From positions 65,062 through 129,061 of the forward strand of contig JAUWMI010000003.1 in the NCBI GenBank assembly GCA_030613245.1: a stretch of DNA of 64,000 nt, read 5' to 3'. Below the pieces are notes generated by a model. That model was not told the origin of the DNA. It did no database searches and saw only the letters and a list, made by a program, of their open reading frames with translations. This stretch comes from Candidatus Sumerlaeota bacterium. Lineage in GTDB: Bacteria; Sumerlaeota; Sumerlaeia; MWCT01; JAUWMI01. The translations under genes and the position numbers were made by a program. This document shows, piece after piece, positions 19,069 through 27,655 of the stretch; position 1 is the stretch's first letter, and every line of letters starts with the position of its first letter.

Positions 19069-19986
19069 ATGAATAGAGCCCAATTGAGCATCGTTACCGG
19101 GGCTTTTGGGTATACTGGTAAGTACATAACCCGGCGGCTTCTCGAAATGGGCGAAAGGGTGAAAACCATCACCGGCCACCCTAACAGGCCGAATCCTTTT
19201 GGTGGCGAGGTAAGTGCGGCGTCATTTAATTTCGACAAACCCGCAGAATTGGTCAAGAGTCTTGAAGGAGCCGCAACTCTGTACAACACCTACTGGATCC
19301 GCTTCACCTACAAGCGAGTCACCTTTGATCAAGCCATCCAGAACACTCTTACTCTGTTTAAAGCAGCCCGGGAGGCTGGGGTACAGAGGGTTGTCCATTT
19401 CAGCATTACCAATCCCAGTGAGGACTCGCCACTGCCTTATTTCAGGGGGAAGGCGATTCTGGAAAAGGCGCTTATTGATTCCGGCTTGTCTTACGCTATC
19501 ATCAGGCCAGCCGTGATATTCGGTCTCGAGGATATTCTGATCAATAACATCGCCTGGTTTCTACGGAAGTTTCCGATATTAACTGTACCCGGCTCTGGGA
19601 AATATCAACTTCAACCGGTCTACGTTGAGGATGTGGCGGACATAGCTGTTAGCGCAGGTCATCGGAATAAAAACAGCATCATTGATGCAGTCGGCCCGGA
19701 AACATACTCCTACAATGATTTGGTCAAACTCATTGCGGAGACAATAGGCAGCACGGCTCGCATCATTCACGTGCCACCACGCCTGGCGCTTGCTCTTGCC
19801 AAGGTTCTGGGTTTCATCGTGCGCGATATGGTATTGACGCGGGAAGAAGTCGACGGCCTGATGCAAGGCCTTCTGGTATCCAGGGATCCACCAACCGGGA
19901 AAACGTATTTAAGCCAATGGCTAAAGCAGAACGCAGATATAATTGGACGTCAGTATGCTTCCGAAGTGGATCGGCATTACCGATGA
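19069..19986 (+). CDS. NAD(P)-binding NmrA/SDR-like epimerase/reductase
   Basis: Rossmann motif TGAFGYTG at the N-terminus. ~305 aa, NmrA-like. Confidence 0.6.
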   Translation: MNRAQLSIVTGAFGYTGKYITRRLLEMGERVKTITGHPNRPNPFGGEVSAASFNFDKPAELVKSLEGAATLYNTYWIRFTYKRVTFDQAIQNTLTLFKAAREAGVQRVVHFSITNPSEDSPLPYFRGKAILEKALIDSGLSYAIIRPAVIFGLEDILINNIAWFLRKFPILTVPGSGKYQLQPVYVEDVADIAVSAGHRNKNSIIDAVGPETYSYNDLVKLIAETIGSTARIIHVPPRLALALAKVLGFIVRDMVLTREEVDGLMQGLLVSRDPPTGKTYLSQWLKQNADIIGRQYASEVDRHYR

Positions 19987-20002
19987 GAAGGCGCCCACAC
20001 AA
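19688..20002 (+). repeat. 315-bp direct repeat, left copy (3' end of the NmrA-like gene)
   Basis: About 93% identical to 21612..21925. Together they flank a low-GC 1.6-kb segment. Confidence 0.8.
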
Positions 20003-20180
20003 GGTGGCATAACAGTGTGCTGCCAGGTCTGGGGATCTTCGGTGCCGTCCTAGCAACTAGGAGGGTTTGTTGGGTGGATTTGTTTTTTTTAACTGAAGGG
20101 CCATCATGGATGCATAGACTGATCGCTGTACTGCGGAGTTCGCCAGCCCGTACTCTTCAGATAACATAAGGAGATATAAC

Positions 20181-21410
20181 ATGAAAACCGTCAATCTTAT
20201 GATTTCCCTTCTTCTCTTATCTATCATGGCATCGGCTACTTTTTCAGCTGCTAAAGCTGAATTTGTGATTACTCAGCAAGATGAGGATGATATGATTAAG
20301 TTTGCAGAAGAACTTCGCGAATGGGCGCATTCGAAGTATGAACCTGATCTTTCTTCTTCGGTTGCTCATTTTATTCCTTTTGATGAGTTACAGAAATGCG
20401 ATGCATATAACAAGCTTATTGAATATGACTGGAAACTTGTTCCCTACCAGATTAGAAAAATTCAAATCGAAAATGAATTAAGGGTTATTATAGGTTCGGC
20501 ATTAGCTAATAGGGCCATTGAAAGTCTCGAAGATCTGTATAATTATCAAGGAGAAAAATTGCCAGGATTGTCCGAGGAGATTGCTATGCGGTTTCCTGGA
20601 AGATTGCTTTACCAAACCACAGTTGGCAAAGAGGTTTGTCAGAAGCTAGGGAGAAAGCCGGATCGTGCCGGGTTCTCGTGGATTGAGTGGTGGGGGGAGA
20701 ACAAAGACAGATTTAAATTCAAGACTAAGAAGCGCTTTAAGATCGGCACCCAATATAAATATTTCAATCACCCTCATGTTTCGACAGTACAACATGGGGG
20801 CCTTTTACATTTAGAGGCCGTTAATGCAACTTATCGGCAGATCATAGAGCGTGCAGCAGCTGAATTAGGAGTGAATGTGTTTATAGGGGAGCAGATAGAC
20901 ATAGACGTTATTTGTACGGTAAGAATGAGATCGGTAACCTTTGAAGAATTTGCATATCTCATTGGGCGAACGGTCCATGTAGGAGGGTTCAAATATTACA
21001 AGGATGGCAATAAGTATCATTTTGGAAGTGAGGTTGAGGCTAAGCCACGGGAAATCCTTGATGGTTGGGGTATAATGATGAATAGAACGGTGTTCTACGA
21101 AGGAGATACGATACCTGTGACGGTTATAACAAGAGGCACTGGAGAGTTAGTTGATCCATTAGATCGTGTATTTTATGACTATGGGAGTTTCAAAATTACG
21201 ACTAATAACGGCACAATAATTAGAGATTATAACATTCAAAGGAAAACAAAACCAACGCTGGAACTGATAAATAGAGAAAAAGATTGCACCAAAATTGATC
21301 TCAATTTGAGCAACTATTGTCAACTTCCGCCGGGCGAATACAATGTTAGGTTAAAGTATCTTTCGCATGAAACCCCATCTATTGCAATTGAGATTTATAG
21401 AAGAAAGTAA
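20181..21410 (+). CDS. Hypothetical secreted protein (409 aa) encoded on the low-GC insert
   Basis: Signal peptide MKTVNLMISLLLLSIMASATFSAAKA. AT-rich codon usage unlike the neighbours. No recognisable domain. Confidence 0.55.
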   Translation: MKTVNLMISLLLLSIMASATFSAAKAEFVITQQDEDDMIKFAEELREWAHSKYEPDLSSSVAHFIPFDELQKCDAYNKLIEYDWKLVPYQIRKIQIENELRVIIGSALANRAIESLEDLYNYQGEKLPGLSEEIAMRFPGRLLYQTTVGKEVCQKLGRKPDRAGFSWIEWWGENKDRFKFKTKKRFKIGTQYKYFNHPHVSTVQHGGLLHLEAVNATYRQIIERAAAELGVNVFIGEQIDIDVICTVRMRSVTFEEFAYLIGRTVHVGGFKYYKDGNKYHFGSEVEAKPREILDGWGIMMNRTVFYEGDTIPVTVITRGTGELVDPLDRVFYDYGSFKITTNNGTIIRDYNIQRKTKPTLELINREKDCTKIDLNLSNYCQLPPGEYNVRLKYLSHETPSIAIEIYRRK

Positions 21411-21611
21411 GGAGATTGACGCGCATCATCTAAGACGAGTTTTGTGGCTCAGTTCGTTTACCTAGATCGCGACTTTATCGATACTAAGAAAAGCCCCAAG
21501 CCCATGAGAAGCCAAGAAGCAAGTAGGGTCCTTGGTCAATCCTATGGCCAAAATGGAAGCTCAGGTAATGACCTGTTTGTCTAATTGGGTTAGCATCGAA
21601 AACTTGTAATA

Positions 21612-21925
21612 CAGGCGGCCCGGAAACATACTCCTATAATGATTTGGTCAGGCTCATTGCGGAGACAATAGGCAGCACGGCTCGCATCATTCACGTGCCG
21701 CCACGCCTGGCGCTCGCTCTTACCAGGATTCTTGATTTTATCGTGCGGGATGTCGTCTTGACGCGGGAAGAAATCGACGGCCTGATGCAAGGCCTTCTCG
21801 TATCCAGGGATCCACCAACCGGGAAAACGTATTTAAGCCAATGGCTAAAGCAGAACGCGGATATAATTGGACGTCAGTATGCTTCCGAAGTGGCTCAGCA
21901 TTACCGATGAGAAGGCGCCCACACA
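21612..21925 (+). pseudogene. Duplicated 3' fragment of the NmrA-like gene (right direct repeat; 88-aa in-frame remnant at 21644..21910)
   Basis: The remnant translates to ...LIAETIGSTARIIHVPPRLALAL...GRQYASEVAQHYR, about 90% identical to the C-terminus of 19069..19986. Confidence 0.75.
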
Positions 21926-21947
21926 ATCCGCCATAAAGGCGGGTCTC

Positions 21948-23558
21948 TCAGTTTGTCCTTCTTGAAATCCGCCGAATTGCCGCGTCAAGCACGGTATCCG
22001 TTTCACCGATAAAGTCAGTGGGCACTGGTTCCAGAAGAACATCCGGCTGAATGCCATTCCCATCGTAGAGTCTTCCGTTCGGGCGGAATGACGCCATCGA
22101 CGACAGATAAATGCTGATGAGGGAATTGCGCAGTCGGTATTTGACCCTGCAGCCGCTCCCACCCCCACTGGGCAGACCCATCAAGGTGACGTTCTTCCAG
22201 CCCTTGAAAGCCCCGAGGAAGATATCGCAGGCGCTGAAATTCCATCGGTCCATTAAAATCACCACTGGCTTGTCGTAGTGAAAGTATCCCTGGTCGCGAA
22301 AAGGACTGATGACAAAATAGTGCCATTCCCTGAACTCTCCTTCCGGAAGCACCCACTCCGGCTCAAAGGTCGAGGCAAACTGCTTGATGACCGCTCGCTC
22401 GGCCTCGGACCAGCGCGGTGAAGAGGCTGGATAGAGGTAGCGATCTTCGAAGGCCTCTTTCCTGTCTTTTACACCAAGGCGGTATGCAGCGACATTGACG
22501 ACACGAGGTAAGTCGTTTTCGGCCAGGAAAAACGGAAAGAGCACTCGCAGCGGTGCGCGGCTACCGCCGGAGTTTGTTCTGATGTCAATGATAAGGCCAT
22601 CCGTCTTCGCAAAACGGTTCATCGTTTCGACAAGATCATCGAGGAATTCGGGTTCTGCCAGCATAAATACGAACCGCAGATAACCTATATTCCCCGGCAA
22701 GATGCGACTTTCAACCCGAATGTCTTTCCACTGCTTAATGGGATTTTTATTTCGCGGCCAGAAACCGTAAACAGGTCCCTTCTTCACCAACGGCAATTCA
22801 ATTTGCTTGCTTGCTGCACCATCGGCTGATTCCAGCTCTACCTGTATGGCCCCTAGCTTGTTTATGCCGAGTTCCTTTCGCAGACACTCGACGTACCGGA
22901 GGTTTCTTATCGAATGGTACCGTACATACTGGGGCGAGCCCTGGGCCACCAACCTTCCGGCAGCCTCCAGCCACGCCTCCATCGGCACACCATCCATGCC
23001 TCTAAGAAATGGAAAATCCGAGTCAACGAAACCTGATCGGTCCGGCTTAAAAGCCACCAGTCGTCCGCCTGATTCTTCAACCAGAAACGGCAAAAACTCT
23101 GTACATAAAGTTTTTAGATGAACGAATGAACTTGAGATCTTACTATGTCCGTCTCCGAACAAGGCAATGAATTTCGTCAGTTGGTAGCCGAAGTCGCCCA
23201 AGCTGATGCCATCGCCCAGGGCACCCCTGATGCTGTCCAGAGATCCCCGATAATCCACCCCTTTAAGGTCCCGGTAGGAATATCTATTCTCAATAAGCCA
23301 TTCAAGTTCATCCAGATCTTTCTCTGCCTCTCTTCGCGAGAGAAGCGTTGTGTAGACGGGATGGCGGGAAGAAGAACCTATTCGGCCAGTCAGATACTTG
23401 TCTTTTTCACGGACGTAATTGTCGTGCTTTCGATGTACTCGCCCTGTGATGCTGTGGCAAGCCGTCAACAAGCACATCAACGCCAGTGCCATTATGAAGC
23501 ATCGCACGATGCTGGCAAACGTACCCGAGGGATGCCTCTTACCCGAAATAGAATCCAT
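21948..23558 (-). CDS. S41 family peptidase (C-terminal processing/tail-specific protease-like), lipoprotein
   Basis: Lipobox LLTAC after MDSISGKRHPSGTFASIVRCFIMALALMC. S41 motif IDIRTNSGGS. Confidence 0.6.
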   Translation of the reverse strand: MDSISGKRHPSGTFASIVRCFIMALALMCLLTACHSITGRVHRKHDNYVREKDKYLTGRIGSSSRHPVYTTLLSRREAEKDLDELEWLIENRYSYRDLKGVDYRGSLDSIRGALGDGISLGDFGYQLTKFIALFGDGHSKISSSFVHLKTLCTEFLPFLVEESGGRLVAFKPDRSGFVDSDFPFLRGMDGVPMEAWLEAAGRLVAQGSPQYVRYHSIRNLRYVECLRKELGINKLGAIQVELESADGAASKQIELPLVKKGPVYGFWPRNKNPIKQWKDIRVESRILPGNIGYLRFVFMLAEPEFLDDLVETMNRFAKTDGLIIDIRTNSGGSRAPLRVLFPFFLAENDLPRVVNVAAYRLGVKDRKEAFEDRYLYPASSPRWSEAERAVIKQFASTFEPEWVLPEGEFREWHYFVISPFRDQGYFHYDKPVVILMDRWNFSACDIFLGAFKGWKNVTLMGLPSGGGSGCRVKYRLRNSLISIYLSSMASFRPNGRLYDGNGIQPDVLLEPVPTDFIGETDTVLDAAIRRISRRTN

Positions 23559-23719
23559 TACGCGAGTCTCCTTTCGTAGATCCAGGTATAACGATGCGTA
23601 CAAATCGGGCCATGACCCATGACGTCACAAGATCAAAAGCATTAGGTCAGCAATAATAAATAACCGATCCCGGTCCCTAAAGGCATTTCCCGGTAAAGTA
23701 CCGGATTGTAATGGCGTGT

Positions 23720-24223
23720 CTATTTTTTCTTTGTAGGCTTCCAGCAGGGCTGATTTTTAGGTACGAATGGTGGATTCTGGCGGCGTTCCTTACCACTGCG
23801 GCGGTCACGCCCAAAGCGGCGATTCTTGCTGGTGATGAGGTCAACCTTTCTCCGCCGACTAACACCAGAGCGGCGTTCCAATCCCGAGCGCCGCTCACCA
23901 AGGGGGGATTCATCTGCCGCCGGCTCTTTTGATTCGGAGGCTTTGGCAGCGCCAGTACGCTCGAGGAATTCTTTTTGACCATGTAGCCGCAAAAATTGGG
24001 TGAGCACGTTGTGTTGCTTTTGTGCGTCGTGGGGTATGTGGAGAGCGAGCTTCCTCAACAGGGCGCGTAAGCCACCTTTTTTCAGGGCATGTTCGGAGAT
24101 CATTGCGACAACGGTATCGCCGTACTTCGAGTAACGCTTGTGGAGTTCGTCAACCAGCTGCTGCTTCTCTTGCAACCGTTTGGCTTCGCCTTTCAGCTTT
24201 TTCGACAGGTCATCTCTTACCAT
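23720..24223 (-). CDS. Hypothetical highly basic protein with RRSG/ERR repeats at the C-terminus
   Basis: 167 aa. C-terminus ...GERRSGLERRSGVSRRRKVDLITSKNRRFGRDRRSGKERRQNPP... Codon usage is gene-like. Confidence 0.45.
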   Translation of the reverse strand: MVRDDLSKKLKGEAKRLQEKQQLVDELHKRYSKYGDTVVAMISEHALKKGGLRALLRKLALHIPHDAQKQHNVLTQFLRLHGQKEFLERTGAAKASESKEPAADESPLGERRSGLERRSGVSRRRKVDLITSKNRRFGRDRRSGKERRQNPPFVPKNQPCWKPTKKK

Positions 24224-24812
24224 GAGCTGAGTTCACGTTCCTTTCTCGCAAGGTTGCAGCAGTCACTGGAGAGGATATCTCTGCATATTGCCTGAGGAGA
24301 CAAGACAAGTGTCATTTTTGCATCAGGGCCTTGTGGCCGCGCTTGACGATTCGGACCTGCAAGATGAAGAAAATTTTTCCCGCTGGCGCGTGTTCAGAAC
24401 GACTAAAACTTAACGTCCGCTTGCCCGAAATTGTCAACATTTTTTCTCTACAGACAATTATACAACTCGCCCTGTGATATATTCCTCGGCCAGTTTTTGC
24501 CCTGGCTTGGTAAAAAGTTGCTTCCAGCCTTGTGCCTTATCTAACTAAAGACTACCACAGAGATTCTTAAAAAAGCATAAATTGCAAAATGAAAATTGCA
24601 AATATCAAATTTTAAATTTGCATTTTGCAATTTGCAATTGCGTGCTCTGTGGTTCCACTACAGGCGGTCACCAATTTCATTCAACACAATTAGGCCACTA
24701 TGCATTTTCCCTCTGACCGGAGAAATCATTTTGACAGCACTCTCTGTATTTAGTAGATGGAGAACACGCGTATCGTGAAAGATTGTACGTCTTATCTAAA
24801 GGAGACAGAGAA

Positions 24813-25826
24813 ATGAGCATCGAATACCCACCGTCAGTTTCGCTGGCGTATCTGCCGACACCGCTGCAGCACATGAAGCGTCTTTCAGATTCCCTGGGAG
24901 GCCAGACGCTCTATATCAAGCGCGACGACCTGACCGGAATGGAGCTCAGCGGCAACAAGATTCGTAAGCTCGAGTTCCTGCTGGCTGATGCACTGCGCAA
25001 GAAGGCGGATGTCGTGATCACCTACGGCGGGGTGCAGTCGAATCACTGCCGCGCCACAGCAGCTGCATGTGCTAAGCTGGGGCTCCGAGTGCATCTGATG
25101 ATCCGCGGCCAGGCGCAGCCGCCATACGATGGGAATCTATTGCTGGATGAATTGTTTGGCGCGGAGGTTACGTTCCACCCGGCAGAGGAGTTTCGTGCAC
25201 AAAAAGAACGCATAGTTGATGAGTGCATCCGCTCATATCAGAAGCAGAGGCGCAAGCCGTACTACTTCCCCGTGGGTGCATCAGTGCCGCTTGGCTGCTG
25301 GGGCTATGCGCGGGCGTTTGAAGAAACGCTGGAACAGCTCAAGGCGCTGGGGATCACAGCGTGCAATATGGTTACTGCCGTTGGCTCAGGAGGCACGCTT
25401 GCGGGACTATTGCTGGGGCGTGAGCTGCTGGGAGCGAGTGACGTCACGGTCTGGGGAATCAATGTCTGTGACGATGCGGCGTATTTTCAGCAGGAAGTGC
25501 GGCAGCTGCTCGAGGAAACAAACGATCAATTTCAGCTCGGTCTCTCCGTTGCCAGGATTCCGATTCACGTCATTGATGGCTACGTAGGCGAAGGCTACGC
25601 AATTCCGTACGAAGACGAAATCGAGACGATGAAGCAGGTGGGACGCCTGGAGGGAATTGCGCTGGATCCTGTCTATACAGGCAAAGCGTTTTGCGGAATG
25701 CTGGATCAGCTACGCAAGGGAAAGTTTCGGAAGCCTGGTCTATCCGATCAGGAAGCAATCGTTTTCTTCCATACTGGCGGCACCTTCGGGCTGTTTCCAC
25801 AAAAGGAACATTTCAGATTTGACTGA
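24813..25826 (+). CDS. PLP-dependent ACC deaminase / D-cysteine desulfhydrase family protein
   Basis: ATG at 24813 after AAAGGAGA. ...SGNKIRKLEFLLADAL...GGVQSNHCRATAAA... is typical of the family. Confidence 0.8.
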   Translation: MSIEYPPSVSLAYLPTPLQHMKRLSDSLGGQTLYIKRDDLTGMELSGNKIRKLEFLLADALRKKADVVITYGGVQSNHCRATAAACAKLGLRVHLMIRGQAQPPYDGNLLLDELFGAEVTFHPAEEFRAQKERIVDECIRSYQKQRRKPYYFPVGASVPLGCWGYARAFEETLEQLKALGITACNMVTAVGSGGTLAGLLLGRELLGASDVTVWGINVCDDAAYFQQEVRQLLEETNDQFQLGLSVARIPIHVIDGYVGEGYAIPYEDEIETMKQVGRLEGIALDPVYTGKAFCGMLDQLRKGKFRKPGLSDQEAIVFFHTGGTFGLFPQKEHFRFD

Positions 25827-25926
25827 CGTCGGCATGGCCCGCATGTTTTGCCTGCGGTTACATTCCCCCGGGCTATAATTCTCCCTCGTATATACCGGCC
25901 TTTGAATTAACCTGAGGTACCTGGCC

Positions 25927-27582
25927 CTATTCAGTCTCTCTGACCTTGAAGAGAAAATAGCGGTTTTGCCATTGGCGGAGAAGGGTGACGTGCTTTTCAA
26001 CCTCTTCGCGCGGCAGTTTCTCAAATCCCAGGCCCTGATTGATAATGTTATCGCCGACAGTGGTCAGAATGTAATCCACTTCATGCTGCCTCGCATAGCG
26101 CAAGATAGCATCAAATCTATCATATGGAAAGATGACCCCAGAGAAGCTCGTATTGATGAAGAATTCTGGAGTGGCGCTCATCATCCGGGATCCGGGGGGA
26201 ATAAGAGAGGCGATCTCGCGTTGCATAAGCTCGAGCTGCACGTAGGTTTCTTTATATGGAATGAACAGGCGATCGTAACGGTGAAGATGAGATATGGTGA
26301 GCGCAATTTGCAGCAATAGCGCAGCCCCGAACAAGCCTAAAACTACCTGCCTGGCCAGCCGTGCGAGACGCTGAGCCAGAATCCAGCGGTGGAGCTCAGA
26401 GAATCCCCGATCTGCCAGTACTCCCACGTACAAGAGCAGGAGCGGCACGTAGGGCACCCAGAACCGTCCATAGGGGATACCAGCTGGATGTAGCCTGATC
26501 ACAGCAAGGGTAATGAGCAAAGGAAGCACCTGAAGCGCGAGGTAGGCGCTCGGCAGCAAATTCCCGGGCGAGCGGAGCGATATAGCCAGCCCAATCGTAG
26601 CCAGCCCGAGCAAGACCCAGCCGGTAGCAGGAATTCGGCGTAGCTCTTCTCCCAGATTCTTGCTGAAGCGGTGGGCCGTCTTTGCCGGATGAGAGAAGAG
26701 GAATCCGGGAAGCGTTCGCTGCGGCATTGAGTAAAGTATGAGCCTGTCGTCCGAAGCAACAGCGTACGTCTTTTGCATGGACGTGCGGACACCGTCAATG
26801 TAGCTCGGTGCCTTGTACATCGCTTCAGCACGGAGGATCGCGTATGTGGTTTTGCCACTGAGAATCCAGTGGCCGCAGGTCTGCCTCAGGGAGATCAAAT
26901 AGGGAAGAGCCAGGAGTAGGAAGACCAGCAGCGCGGCAGTGCTCAATGCAAGCCGCTGGCGAAGCGGCGTTGTGCGGCTGATGAAGACCGAGAGGAATAG
27001 CAGTGAGCAGAGAAAATTGATGCTGGTTTCACCCCGCGTGAGAAACGCCAGGGCCATGAACGCACCGAAGAGCAGCCCTCTGCTCACTGACGGTGTGGCA
27101 AAAGCTCGCCAGCCAGCGTACAACCCCAGAAGCAGAAATAAAGCATGCGCGGATTCGCTGAGACCCGTTAGTGAATGCCCGAGCAGCAGTGGATTCACCA
27201 CAACCAGCACGCCAGCCACGAGTGCGGCCCGGCGACTGGCAAATAGCACCTGCGCGAGCCGATAGGTTGGGATCACCAGGAGGCTACCGGTGATTATCGA
27301 GACCATCTGGCCCGAAACGGCAATATCACGTAGCAGAAGGTTTGCAGTGGCCAAGAAGAAAGGGAATACAGGCGGGAAATAGAAGAGCAACTCTGGCAGT
27401 CCATGATCGGTGAAGAGACTCTGGGCAATCAGCGCATAGGTGATTGCGTCGCCTGTGGGCACATAGTGAGGCCAGAGAAGTAGCAGAAGGAGTCGCAGGA
27501 CGAAGGCACCGCAGGCAAGCAAAACAATCCGGACCCTATCCGGTTCAATGCGGTCTGCCAAATCCCTTGGAGTTATTTGCAC
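25927..27582 (-). CDS. GT-C family membrane glycosyltransferase (ArnT/PMT_2-like)
   Basis: Polytopic. N-terminal loop ...PHYVPTGDAITYALIAQSL... is typical of GT39/GT83. Confidence 0.6.
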   Translation of the reverse strand: MQITPRDLADRIEPDRVRIVLLACGAFVLRLLLLLLWPHYVPTGDAITYALIAQSLFTDHGLPELLFYFPPVFPFFLATANLLLRDIAVSGQMVSIITGSLLVIPTYRLAQVLFASRRAALVAGVLVVVNPLLLGHSLTGLSESAHALFLLLGLYAGWRAFATPSVSRGLLFGAFMALAFLTRGETSINFLCSLLFLSVFISRTTPLRQRLALSTAALLVFLLLALPYLISLRQTCGHWILSGKTTYAILRAEAMYKAPSYIDGVRTSMQKTYAVASDDRLILYSMPQRTLPGFLFSHPAKTAHRFSKNLGEELRRIPATGWVLLGLATIGLAISLRSPGNLLPSAYLALQVLPLLITLAVIRLHPAGIPYGRFWVPYVPLLLLYVGVLADRGFSELHRWILAQRLARLARQVVLGLFGAALLLQIALTISHLHRYDRLFIPYKETYVQLELMQREIASLIPPGSRMMSATPEFFINTSFSGVIFPYDRFDAILRYARQHEVDYILTTVGDNIINQGLGFEKLPREEVEKHVTLLRQWQNRYFLFKVRETE

Positions 27583-27655
27583 AACCGCATCTCCCTCTGT
27601 TCGCCTGCTGGCGGCAGCAAGATCGTACTTGTCCGAGCAGACTGAAAAAGTGCTG

